A DNA stretch of 64,000 bases from a virus (IMGVR_UViG_3300049573_000247:1-64000); one strand, 5' to 3'; shown: positions 1 through 7,868, numbered from the stretch's first letter. Notes: generated by a model from the sequence alone, not told the origin. Translations and numbers: made by a program.

Positions 1-63
1 TGACATTAGTTCCGCTGTGTTGAAGGCCCGGCGCTCTGGGGTGGGCGCCGGGCCTTTGTCGTG

Positions 64-1269
64 TCAGGTGGTTTGGGCGATGTGGGTGTTGGCGGTGGCT
101 TTGAGTTTGGCGATGCGGTGGGAGTTGATGCCTTCGAGGTGGGGGAGGACGCGTTTCCAGGTGGTGACGGCGTCGTCGAGGCGTCCTTGGTCGTGTTGGG
201 CTTGGGCGACGCGGGCGAGGGTGATGGCCCAGATGCGGGGGTTGGTGTCGCGGTTCCACAGTTCGAGGCCGTCGCGTGCTTTTTCTTCGGCTCCGGCGTG
301 GTCGCCGAGGGCTTTGAGGGTGACGCCGATCTGGTTGTGGACGCGGGCGAGGAGGGGGCCTCCGGCGGGGCCGTTGGGGGCGGCCCAGCGTGGTGGGGTG
401 TCGGGGTTGCGTTGGATGTGTTGTTCGGTGATGGTGATGGCGGCGTGGGCTTGGCGGTGGTTGCCTGCGGCGGCGTGGGCGCGGGCGGCGGTGATGGTGA
501 AGAGGGCTTCGGTGTAGGGGTCGACGCGGCCTTTGGCGAGTCGGCAGGCTTCTTCGGCGAGGTCGATGTGTTCGGCGCCGTGGCCGAGGGCGAAGGCTTG
601 GTGGCATTTGATGCGCATGACCCAGGCGGTGTGGGCGTGGGGGTCGGCGATGCGGGCGAGGGCGAGGGCGTTGTCGAAGTAGCGCTGGGCGACGCCGTCG
701 CGGCCGACGTCGTGGGATTTCCATCCGGCGAGGTAGACGGCTTCGGCGGCGGCGCCGAACATGTTGCGGCGGATGGTGTCGTTGGCGAAGGTGCCTTCGA
801 GGAGTGGGGGAAGTTCGGTGGCGCAGAATTCGGCGACGGTGCTGCGGCCGAAGTTGCCGCCGAAGCGTTCGTCGAGGTCGGCGAGGGAGGTGACCCATTG
901 GCGGACGCTGTCGACGTCGGTGTGGCCGACGTGGAGTCGTGTGGTGGGGATGGTGGTGGCGGGGATGGTGATTCCGGCGGCGATGTAGGCGGCGTTTCTG
1001 ATGAAGTCGCGGCGGTCCACGTCAGACCTTCCTAGTGTGGCGAGTAGGGCTATTGGGTCGCCTGTGGTGTTGAGTGTGGTGAGGGTTTCGGCGACGCGCT
1101 CATATTTCTCTATCAGGCCTGGGGGTGGGGGGGTGCGGCCGGTCTCGTAGTAGGAGAGGGCGACGTGGCTGTAGGGGGCGTCGTGTTTGGCCAGTTCTTT
1201 GGCCATGGCGCGCAGGCTCAGTTGGGCTGATGTGCGGATACGACGGAGGGTGGCGGGGGAGTCTTCCAT
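64..1269 (-). CDS. XRE-family HTH regulator with C-terminal helical/TPR-like domain
   Basis: N-terminal LRRIR..AQLSLRAMAKEL..SHVALSYYETGRTPP HTH; DRRDF and LDERFGG motifs typical of actinomycete regulators. Confidence 0.8.
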   Translation of the reverse strand: MEDSPATLRRIRTSAQLSLRAMAKELAKHDAPYSHVALSYYETGRTPPPPGLIEKYERVAETLTTLNTTGDPIALLATLGRSDVDRRDFIRNAAYIAAGITIPATTIPTTRLHVGHTDVDSVRQWVTSLADLDERFGGNFGRSTVAEFCATELPPLLEGTFANDTIRRNMFGAAAEAVYLAGWKSHDVGRDGVAQRYFDNALALARIADPHAHTAWVMRIKCHQAFALGHGAEHIDLAEEACRLAKGRVDPYTEALFTITAARAHAAAGNHRQAHAAITITEQHIQRNPDTPPRWAAPNGPAGGPLLARVHNQIGVTLKALGDHAGAEEKARDGLELWNRDTNPRIWAITLARVAQAQHDQGRLDDAVTTWKRVLPHLEGINSHRIAKLKATANTHIAQTT

Positions 1270-1484
1270 GGGCTGTGAACACCTTGTTAACGGGTAAGGG
1301 CTTCCGTTGGGGGAAGGGTGTGATTCAGACTAACACTCACGACTGGTTGTTCTGGTCTGGTCGCTGTAAGCCAATGGTGCTGCTCACCGTTGGGCCGGGC
1401 CGTGCGTCTCCCCCGTGAAAGGCACGGCCCGGCTGTCCACCCGATCCAGTCTCATCCGTTTCCCGTGGAGAGGAAGGTTCCGGC

Positions 1485-2105
1485 ATGGCCAGTGTAGAGC
1501 CCGTGACGATGTCGGCGTTGGAGCCGCACACGTTCGCCCAGTGGTTGCTGGTGTTCAACCAGCAGAGCAAGGAGCCCGGGGAGATGCAGATGTTGGCGAC
1601 CTGCCACGACGGAGCGCACGGGATCTGGATGGTGAATGCGCCGGTGGCGCGAGCGTGGCCGGTGGCGTGGCCCTGTGTCCGGGGGAACCTGCTGGCCGAC
1701 ATGAAGTTCATCGTCCCTCCGGGGGGCGCTGGTGGTTATTCTCCATTTTGGAGGAGCTATGTGCGGGCGATGTTCTACCCGCGCCTGCTGGACCATCTGC
1801 CCGCGTGTGGGGCGCGAGTGGTGAAGGAGGGTTCGATGCCGAACATTTCGACGGTGGGGACGTTCAAGGTCGACGGTCAGGTGTACGCGGTCGAGTGGCA
1901 TCCGGGGGAGATCCGGGTGACTAACGCCGACGGCCACGACATGGCGTTCATGTCGATGGGACGCGATCTCCACGTAGGGGAGGCTGTACCGAGCCGGTCG
2001 GCGCCGTCGGCGCTGCTGGACCGGCTGCGGCAGGGCGCGATCGAGGTGCTGCGATCGGCGGGGGCGAGCGGTCGCGGCCCGTGGGCGTTGTCGAAGACAG
2101 CCTGA
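1485..2105 (+). CDS. hypothetical protein
   Basis: 206-aa ORF with GGAAGG RBS, divergent from the regulator. Confidence 0.6.
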   Translation: MASVEPVTMSALEPHTFAQWLLVFNQQSKEPGEMQMLATCHDGAHGIWMVNAPVARAWPVAWPCVRGNLLADMKFIVPPGGAGGYSPFWRSYVRAMFYPRLLDHLPACGARVVKEGSMPNISTVGTFKVDGQVYAVEWHPGEIRVTNADGHDMAFMSMGRDLHVGEAVPSRSAPSALLDRLRQGAIEVLRSAGASGRGPWALSKTA

Positions 2106-2142
2106 GACGACGAGTGGGTTCCTCATTTCGGCGGCTTGCCCA

Positions 2143-2156
2143 GGTACGCTCACGCC
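2143..2156 (+). promoter_or_regulatory. putative -10 element for leaderless transcript
   Basis: GG-TACGCT exactly 6 nt before ATG 2157; no RBS. Confidence 0.5.
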
Positions 2157-3089
2157 ATGAATACGCACAAATGCGAAATTAACGCCAAAATGGTGCATTC
2201 GTGTCGGCTGCTGCTCGGCGCCCGAGCCGCCGGATACCCCGACATCCCCGACAACTTCGACGCCCAACACCTCGCCCACGCCCGCCGCATCAAACGCAGC
2301 CTCGACCTCGCCCACGCCTTCGCTACCCCCCGCCAGCTGCCCTTCGAAGACCGCCACGTGCACCTGTGGGCACGCGGCCACCGCACCGGGCGCGTCGTCC
2401 ACAACTGGAAGCCCGTGGCCCGATGGAAAGACGCCGACACCCCCGCCGCCCGCGAGCGCTTCCGCGTCGCCGCCCGGCGCATACGCCTGCTCGACCGGCA
2501 GGTGGCGATCATCCTTCACCACGAACCCGAGAACGACCTCGGCCAGCGCGGGGTCCGTAAGATCGCGGCCGGGACTCCCCAGGAGTACCGGCGCATGTGG
2601 TCGGTCGTGCGCGAGGTGTTCGCGAACGAGGGCGCCGACGACGTCGTCTGGGGCATGGCGTACATGAACTACCCGAAGTGGGACTTCGCGGTGGGCGAGT
2701 TGTATCCGGGCGATGAGCTGGTCGATTGGGTGTGGTGCAACGCGTACGGTTCACCCGAGCGCCCGGATCTGGCTGAGAACCTTGCGCATTTCGCGAATCT
2801 GATGCGCGCTTTCGCTATCGGGCAGGGCAAACCGTGGGGGGTTGCGGAGTGGAGCACGCCGGGGTTGCCGGTCGACTTGGCCGCCGATTACTTCGAGCAG
2901 GCCAGGGCGTTCCTTGACACGCCCGACGCTGAGGCGTTCAAAGCGTGGATGGTGTTTGACTCGCCGGGTGCGGAAAACCGGTCGGACCTGCGGTTGGGTT
3001 TCGATGCACAGGGGCGCCCCGTGGAGGACAAGCTGGAGGCCTACCGGCGGTTTGCGCGGCACCCCCGATTCCAGTGCGCCGACCGGTAA
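2157..3089 (+). CDS. glycoside hydrolase family 26-like (clan A TIM barrel)
   Basis: HHEPEN acid/base, YPGDELVDW, and GKPWGVAEW nucleophile motifs. Confidence 0.75.
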   Translation: MNTHKCEINAKMVHSCRLLLGARAAGYPDIPDNFDAQHLAHARRIKRSLDLAHAFATPRQLPFEDRHVHLWARGHRTGRVVHNWKPVARWKDADTPAARERFRVAARRIRLLDRQVAIILHHEPENDLGQRGVRKIAAGTPQEYRRMWSVVREVFANEGADDVVWGMAYMNYPKWDFAVGELYPGDELVDWVWCNAYGSPERPDLAENLAHFANLMRAFAIGQGKPWGVAEWSTPGLPVDLAADYFEQARAFLDTPDAEAFKAWMVFDSPGAENRSDLRLGFDAQGRPVEDKLEAYRRFARHPRFQCADR

Positions 3090-3228
3090 CATCGGGTTAC
3101 CCAATTCAGTGAGGTTGCAGGGTTGGGTTACCGAAGAAGCACCTAAGAAGCTCGGCAGGTCTTGAACTGTCGGGTGTTGCAAGATCGCTCCGGGGCCGCC
3201 ACTGCCGCTGGCGGCCCCATCAACATCG

Positions 3229-3633
3229 TTAGCGGGAGCCGCCCAGCTCGCCGAGTTCACCGAGGATGTCGCCGGTGATGCCGGGGCTGGGTCCGACGTA
3301 GTTCAGGCACACGCAGGGCACGTTCTCATACCCGGTCGCCTTCCCTTCGCCGTTCCACTGGCTGGGGCGCTGCACCGTTTCGACGCAGGCGCCGGTCCGG
3401 TCGTGGAAGTTCGCGCCGTGCCCGCATTCGCAGATCGGCCGGTTCGCGTTCAACCGCCCTTGTTCGAGTTCGAGTTTCTTTTTCTCCAGCTCGAAGGCGC
3501 GCTTGCGCTCGTCGGATTTGAGCTGGTGCCGGGCTTTGAACCGGTTACCGGTGGGCGGCCCCAGGACGAGGGCCAGAATGATGAGCGTCCAGGCGAAGCC
3601 TTCGGAGAAGATCGCGTCGATCAGTGGTTCCAT
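3229..3633 (-). CDS. membrane-anchored Cys/His-rich hypothetical protein
   Basis: N-terminal TM helix; CECGH..H and CVC motifs. Confidence 0.65.
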   Translation of the reverse strand: MEPLIDAIFSEGFAWTLIILALVLGPPTGNRFKARHQLKSDERKRAFELEKKKLELEQGRLNANRPICECGHGANFHDRTGACVETVQRPSQWNGEGKATGYENVPCVCLNYVGPSPGITGDILGELGELGGSR

Positions 3634-3720
3634 GGGCGCCTCGGGGGGGAGTGAGGTGTCATGATCATCTTTCTCGGGAAAGGGGCCGCGCAGGTAAGGA
3701 CACAGGCGCGCGGCCCGACA

Positions 3721-4245
3721 TCAGGATTCCGTGCTGGCCGCTTCAGCGGCTTCCAGCTCGGCGATCTTAGCCTTGGCGAGCTTCTCCTGCTCGACCATGG
3801 CATCCCACGCGCTGAGCAGCTTCTCGGCGTCCAGCGGCTTCGGCTCGTAAGTGCGCAGGTTGAACCCCGACAGGATCACTGGGCCGAACACCGGTCGGCC
3901 GTACTGGAACGGGGTGCGCGTCTCGCTCGCGATGAGCATGGCCGCGACCGCGTTGAACCGCTCGGGGTCGGCGCGGCGGTCCTCAGCGGTGTTGCAGAAG
4001 TAGGAGTGGCCGCTATGGGAGAACCGGAACACGGTGTCGCAGTCGCCGCCGGTGACCTTGTCGAAGAACGCGTACCAGTCCCGGTGGTCATCACCCAGGC
4101 CGATGGTGTCGCAGTTGTAGATCGTGACGTGGCGCTCCAGGTCCAGGACCATGATGGGGCGCTCGTTGGTCGCGAGGGTGGCGCGGAAGAGGGGGTCGTC
4201 GATGCTGACCTGGCGGGCCGGTTCGATCTCGGGAGTGTCAGCCAT
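3721..4245 (-). CDS. hypothetical protein, DUF3846-like
   Basis: FNAVAAML...PVFGPVILSG pattern; start coupled to the helicase stop. Confidence 0.55.
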   Translation of the reverse strand: MADTPEIEPARQVSIDDPLFRATLATNERPIMVLDLERHVTIYNCDTIGLGDDHRDWYAFFDKVTGGDCDTVFRFSHSGHSYFCNTAEDRRADPERFNAVAAMLIASETRTPFQYGRPVFGPVILSGFNLRTYEPKPLDAEKLLSAWDAMVEQEKLAKAKIAELEAAEAASTES

Positions 4246-5758
4246 GGGTGCCTGCTTTCTTGAGTTCACGTGGGTACCAGCGTCGCGGCTGGTCATCGGT
4301 CGCCTCGCCGGTGAGGTAGTCGTCGATCCAGGCGATGGCCTCATCATCGAGGTGCTGCTGGGCGCGGGTGACCGCGACGTAGCACAGCTGCAGCTCAGCG
4401 GGGTCCATCGGACGGAGCTGTCCTTCGCCGTCCAGTGACGGTTCGCGGAAGTCGGCGCCGATCTTGACCCGAGGGTACTGCAGGCCCTTGGCGCTGTGCC
4501 CGGTCATCACCGCCAGGTCGACCGGTCCCTTGTCGGTGTCTTTGAACTGATTGGCGATCTTCAGCAGTTGGGCTGCGCCCCATTTCTCGACCAGGCGCAC
4601 GAACACGGCCAGCTCTCCGGCGCTGGGGTCGGTCTCGATGTAGTGAAGTACCTCCCGCCAGGACGCGAACGTCGCCAGCTCCCGGTAGTCGCAGTGGAGA
4701 CCGGCCTGCAGTTGCAGCGCGGCCTTGCACATGTCCTTGATGTTGTCGGACACGCGCTTGGCCATGCCGACGCGCCGCCCGGCCTCCAGTGCTTCGTGGG
4801 CGGCCTCGACCGCACCGGCGTTGGTTCGGCACAAGACCACGTCGGGGTCGGCCAGGGGACCGACCGTCCCGGGTTCGCCTCGCCCCCTCAGGGGCAGCTC
4901 GCAGTCGAGCGCGGCCAGCCACCGGTTCGCACGATCGGCGATCTGGGGGCCGAACCGGAAGCTCTCGGTTAGGTGCAGCCGCTGCTGGGCAGGCCACTTG
5001 GTGAGTGCGTCGATCGAGTTCCGCCACTGGTAGAGCGCCTGATTGGAGTCGCCGACGGCGATGAGCTGGCAGTCTTGGCGCAGGAGCACGTCGAGGGTGA
5101 GCGCGTCGATGTCCTGGGCCTCGTCGAGCATGATGAAGTTGGCCTTCAGCCGGGGCTTTTTCAAGGCCCAGATCTTCCGGTAGTGGTCGTGCGAGCATTC
5201 GGCGCGGTCGGAGTGGGGGTCCTGCAGATCGTTCCACATCGCTTTCGCGTACGGCAGCACGTGGGTTTTCAGGGCCGCCATGGCGTCGCCGTCGATGCCC
5301 TCGACGGGGGCCACATGCCAGGCCGTCAGCTCCCGGTCGGCCGAGCGGGCGAAGCGCTGCACCGCGAGCTTGGCGAGGACGGCCACGCCGACGGAGGTGA
5401 TGGTGCGGTCCGGGGCCGGGGCGAACGGCTTCGTGCCGAACGCGTCGGCCAGTTGTGTACCGGTGCGCCCGGCGTCGCGCCCCGACCAGCGGCGCCGGTA
5501 GTAGCGGCCCACCTCCCAGGCCATGCTGTGGCTGGTGTGGCATTCGACAGTGCCGGGGAAGCGGTCTTTGGCATCGGCCCGGTTGTTCTTCCCGAACGCG
5601 ATGTAGAAGCCCATCTTCAGGCGCCGTTCCTTGGCCTCGGCGCCCAGCCGCAGGGTCTCGGTCTTCCCGGTTCCGGCCAGGGCCTGCACGGCGATGTTGT
5701 CGCCTGCCTCGATCGCGGTGACGATCTGGTCCTGCTCATCGGTGGGCGTGAAGCTCAT
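4238..5758 (-). CDS. UvrD/Rep-like SF1 helicase
   Basis: ALAGTGKT Walker A, LDEAQD, VGDSNQALY, LTESFRFG, TGHSAKGLQY, YVAVTRA. Confidence 0.92.
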   Translation of the reverse strand: MSFTPTDEQDQIVTAIEAGDNIAVQALAGTGKTETLRLGAEAKERRLKMGFYIAFGKNNRADAKDRFPGTVECHTSHSMAWEVGRYYRRRWSGRDAGRTGTQLADAFGTKPFAPAPDRTITSVGVAVLAKLAVQRFARSADRELTAWHVAPVEGIDGDAMAALKTHVLPYAKAMWNDLQDPHSDRAECSHDHYRKIWALKKPRLKANFIMLDEAQDIDALTLDVLLRQDCQLIAVGDSNQALYQWRNSIDALTKWPAQQRLHLTESFRFGPQIADRANRWLAALDCELPLRGRGEPGTVGPLADPDVVLCRTNAGAVEAAHEALEAGRRVGMAKRVSDNIKDMCKAALQLQAGLHCDYRELATFASWREVLHYIETDPSAGELAVFVRLVEKWGAAQLLKIANQFKDTDKGPVDLAVMTGHSAKGLQYPRVKIGADFREPSLDGEGQLRPMDPAELQLCYVAVTRAQQHLDDEAIAWIDDYLTGEATDDQPRRWYPRELKKAGTHG

Positions 5759-6179
5759 CGGCTCCCTTTCTGCGGGCGGCGCGGCGCATGGACTGCTGCT
5801 GGCGCTGCAGTCGGTAGCGCAGCACCTGCAAGTCGGTGTAGGCCAGTTGGAGTCGGTGTGTCGAGGGCGCCCACGCGCACCAGCGTTCAGCTCGCAGGTG
5901 CACGTGGGTGGCGTCATGACGCGCGGTCAGGCCCGCTCGGATGCCGAACAGGTACCCGTTCTCGGGGTCGAACTGCCACACGGTGCAGAACCAGCGGGTG
6001 GCGTCGCGCAGGACGGCCAAGATGGGGGCGACCTCGTCGCGTTCGATCGACCAGGCGCCTGCGGTGCGGGTGAAGCGGTGCTCGGGCGTGCCGTCGGGCC
6101 CCAGGGGCGCGTGCAGAATGAAACTGGCGGGGCGCATCTCCGCGCTCCAGCCGCCCATATCCGGCTTCGGGTCGATCAT
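5736..6179 (-). CDS. hypothetical protein
   Basis: ORF with AAGGA RBS and GC3-biased codons. Confidence 0.55.
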   Translation of the reverse strand: MIDPKPDMGGWSAEMRPASFILHAPLGPDGTPEHRFTRTAGAWSIERDEVAPILAVLRDATRWFCTVWQFDPENGYLFGIRAGLTARHDATHVHLRAERWCAWAPSTHRLQLAYTDLQVLRYRLQRQQQSMRRAARRKGADELHAHR

Positions 6180-6300
6180 GGTTCCTTGTCGTGGCCTCAT
6201 GTGAATAGTTCAGCGTAGACCCACCCGACAGCGAATGCGCGGTCGACTCGCTACCGAATGTGAGGATCGTTAGCGGCCAGCATAGCGGGATTCCGGGGAC

Positions 6301-6338
6301 AAGGAAAGGGCCTCGGAGCACCCCAACCTCCGAGGCCC
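6301..6338 (-). terminator. intrinsic terminator of the tRNA cluster
   Basis: 11-bp stem GGGCCTCGGAG/CTCCGAGGCCC followed by TTTCCTT, just after tRNA-Pro. Confidence 0.75.
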
Positions 6339-6341
6339 ATG

Positions 6342-6415
6342 TCGGGCTGACAGGATTCGAACCTGCGACCCCCCGCTCCCAAAGCGGGTGCGCTACCAAA
6401 CTGCGCCACAGCCCG
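6342..6415 (-). tRNA. tRNA-Pro(UGG)
   Basis: Full cloverleaf CGGGCTG...CAGCCCG-A; anticodon loop TT-TGG-GA; T-loop TTCGAAT. Confidence 0.95.
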
Positions 6416-6457
6416 GCCCGGCGCCAGCGTGCGGGCGCTGGCGCCGGAGTCTGCACG

Positions 6458-6530
6458 AGCGGCAACCGGGGATCGAACCCGAGACCTTCTGGTTGGAGGC
6501 CAGACGCTCTACCAGCTGAGCTACTGCCGC
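6458..6530 (-). tRNA. tRNA-Gly(UCC), C33 variant
   Basis: Cloverleaf GCGGCAG...TTGCCGC-U73; anticodon arm TCTGG-CCTCCAA-CCAGA. Confidence 0.88.
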
Positions 6531-6531
6531 G

Positions 6532-6604
6532 TGCCCAAGGCAGGATTCGAACCTGCAACCTTCCGGTCCGGAACCGGATGCTCTGTCCGTTGAGCTACCT
6601 GGGC
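6532..6604 (-). tRNA. tRNA-Arg(CCG)
   Basis: Cloverleaf GCCCAGG...CTTGGGC-A; loop TT-CCG-GA. Confidence 0.93.
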
Positions 6605-6605
6605 G

Positions 6606-6676
6606 TGGGCGGGCTTTGATCCGACTCGAACGGTAGGGGGCCCGCTTGACCCCTGTCCGGGTTTTTCACCGGCCTC
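6606..6676 (-). ncRNA. degenerate tRNA-like RNA ending in CCA
   Basis: tRNA-sized slot between Leu and Arg genes; CCG-TTCGAGT-CGG T-arm; GCGGGC/GCCCGC stem then CCA. Confidence 0.5.
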
Positions 6677-6677
6677 G

Positions 6678-6751
6678 TACCCAGGGTGGGGGTCGAACCC
6701 ACACTGTGCGGTGTTTGAAGCCGCTGCCTCTGCCGATTGGGCTACCCGGGC
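6678..6751 (-). tRNA. tRNA-Leu(CAA), short variable arm
   Basis: Leu-type D arm GCCCAATCGGCAGAGGC; loop TT-CAA-AC; T-arm GTGGG-TTCGACC-CCCAC; A73. Confidence 0.88.
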
Positions 6752-6796
6752 GTACTGTCTTGCTGTAGTCGTCACCTTACGCGATGCGTGGTGGTG

Positions 6797-6868
6797 TGCT
6801 CAGGGAGGGATTTGAACCCCCAACCCTCGGTATGTGACACCGATGCGCTGCCGTTGCGCCACCCGAGC
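6797..6868 (-). tRNA. tRNA-Val(CAC)
   Basis: Cloverleaf GCTCGGG...CCTGAGC-A; arm TCGGT-GTCACAT-ACCGA. Confidence 0.85.
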
Positions 6869-6898
6869 CGGTCGCGGCCGGTCGTGGGCCGCGCCTTC

Positions 6899-6927
6899 AC
6901 GATACCGGTGCGCAGCGCGGGCGCCAA
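6899..6927 (-). promoter_or_regulatory. putative promoter of the tRNA cluster
   Basis: TTGGCG-17 nt-TATCGT, 30 nt upstream of tRNA-Val. Confidence 0.55.
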
Positions 6928-6935
6928 CGGGTTTT

Positions 6936-6968
6936 TGGTGGGGCGCAACGGTTCGAATGTTGCGCCCC
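6936..6968 (-). ncRNA. tRNA minihelix-like hairpin A ending ACCA
   Basis: GGGGCGCAAC-ATTCGAACC-GTTGCGCCCC-ACCA. Confidence 0.6.
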
Positions 6969-7010
6969 AGATGTGCGGAAAGGCAAACTCACTGTAGCAG
7001 CAGGAGGGTG

Positions 7011-7292
7011 CTACAGCCCCTGCTGCCGCTGCCGCTGCTGCTGCGCGATGAGCGCGGTGCTCGCGGCCGTGTTCTTCAGGTTGATGTCCTGATTGGACTC
7101 GCGAACCAGGCGGTCCATGCGGAACATGTCGATGAACCACAGCATGAACAGTCCGCCGAACGAGAGGCTGTAGCCGACCCCGCGCGGCGTGTTGCCCAGG
7201 TAGTAGTGGTGGCCGCCGACCCAGCCGAGGGTCCAGTACCACAGGTAGGCGCGACCGAGGGTCTTGTTCTGCTGGTAACCGTGGGGGGGCAT
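7011..7292 (-). CDS. TM2-domain membrane protein
   Basis: AYLWYWTLGWVGGHHYYLG...SFGGLFMLWFIDMFRMDRLVRESN; GAAGGAG RBS. Confidence 0.85.
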   Translation of the reverse strand: MPPHGYQQNKTLGRAYLWYWTLGWVGGHHYYLGNTPRGVGYSLSFGGLFMLWFIDMFRMDRLVRESNQDINLKNTAASTALIAQQQRQRQQGL

Positions 7293-7426
7293 GAGAGCTC
7301 CTTCAGAGGGGCGCGCGAGCGCGCGGTGAGATTGTTTCACCCATGGTACGACCGAGGGCCGCCAGCGCGGTGCTGGCGCCCCTCAATGGATGCCTGGGTC
7401 GACGCGGGCGGTGCTCGCGGTCGTAG

Positions 7427-7837
7427 TGGTGGGGCGCAGCGAATCCCTTGCCGCGCCCCACCCTTTGAGTCGACGCCCATGATCAAGGCGTTTCCCATCG
7501 TGCTCCCGGAGGAACACGAGCGTAAGGCCTGGAGGCAGCGATTCGACCCGCTGCCCCCAGGGGGAGAGCACTCTGTTGCCTCAGAGCGATCTCCATGTGC
7601 TCGCGCCAGACGGAGGCTGCGTAGCGGAGAGAAAAGTGTGTGGTGGGGCGCAGCGTTCCAATCGCTGCGCCCCGGTGCCGCCGTCAGGAGCACGTTCTTG
7701 TCGGGACGCGGCGGTTGCAGACGCCGCGTCCCTTGTGCGGGTGATGCCCCAGATCAAGGTGTGGTGCCACTGCGGGGCGCGGCAGGCTTCGACTACCGCG
7801 CCCCGATTCCCATGTGGACACCCATGATCAAGGCATC
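7427..7837 (-). repeat. array of related minihelix-like hairpins B-F with interspersed UGAUC(A) elements
   Basis: Hairpins at 7427-7459, 7530-7558, 7641-7673, 7699-7732, 7773-7805; CCTTGATC(A)TGGG motif at about 7473-7492, 7743-7761, 7817-7837. Confidence 0.75.
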
Positions 7838-7868
7838 GGACCCCGCGTCCCGCGAGAGACGCAAGTAG

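Noticed and set aside
1-63. Linear-replicon telomere
   Set aside because: No clustered terminal palindromes; probably just the window edge.
6418-6447. 12-bp hairpin between tRNA-Gly and tRNA-Pro as another minihelix
   Set aside because: Different stem sequence, no T-like loop and no CCA; more likely a spacer/processing hairpin (a similar one lies at 7354-7384).
6458-6530. Reading this tRNA as Trp(CCA)
   Set aside because: The 7-nt loop register places TCC at 34-36, and G1-C72, C2-G71, U73 are glycine determinants.
6936-7805. Hairpins A-F as ordinary intrinsic terminators
   Set aside because: No U tract follows on either strand, five are stacked in a non-coding stretch, and they share sequence and ACCA ends; U-less actinobacterial terminators cannot be fully excluded.
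6936-7837. CRISPR array
   Set aside because: Repeats are non-identical, spacing is irregular and interrupted by a gene, and no cas genes are present.
6834-7868. ORFs across the tRNA/hairpin region (e.g. 344-aa plus-strand ORF)
   Set aside because: No codon bias, RBS or protein motif; they overlap structured RNAs.
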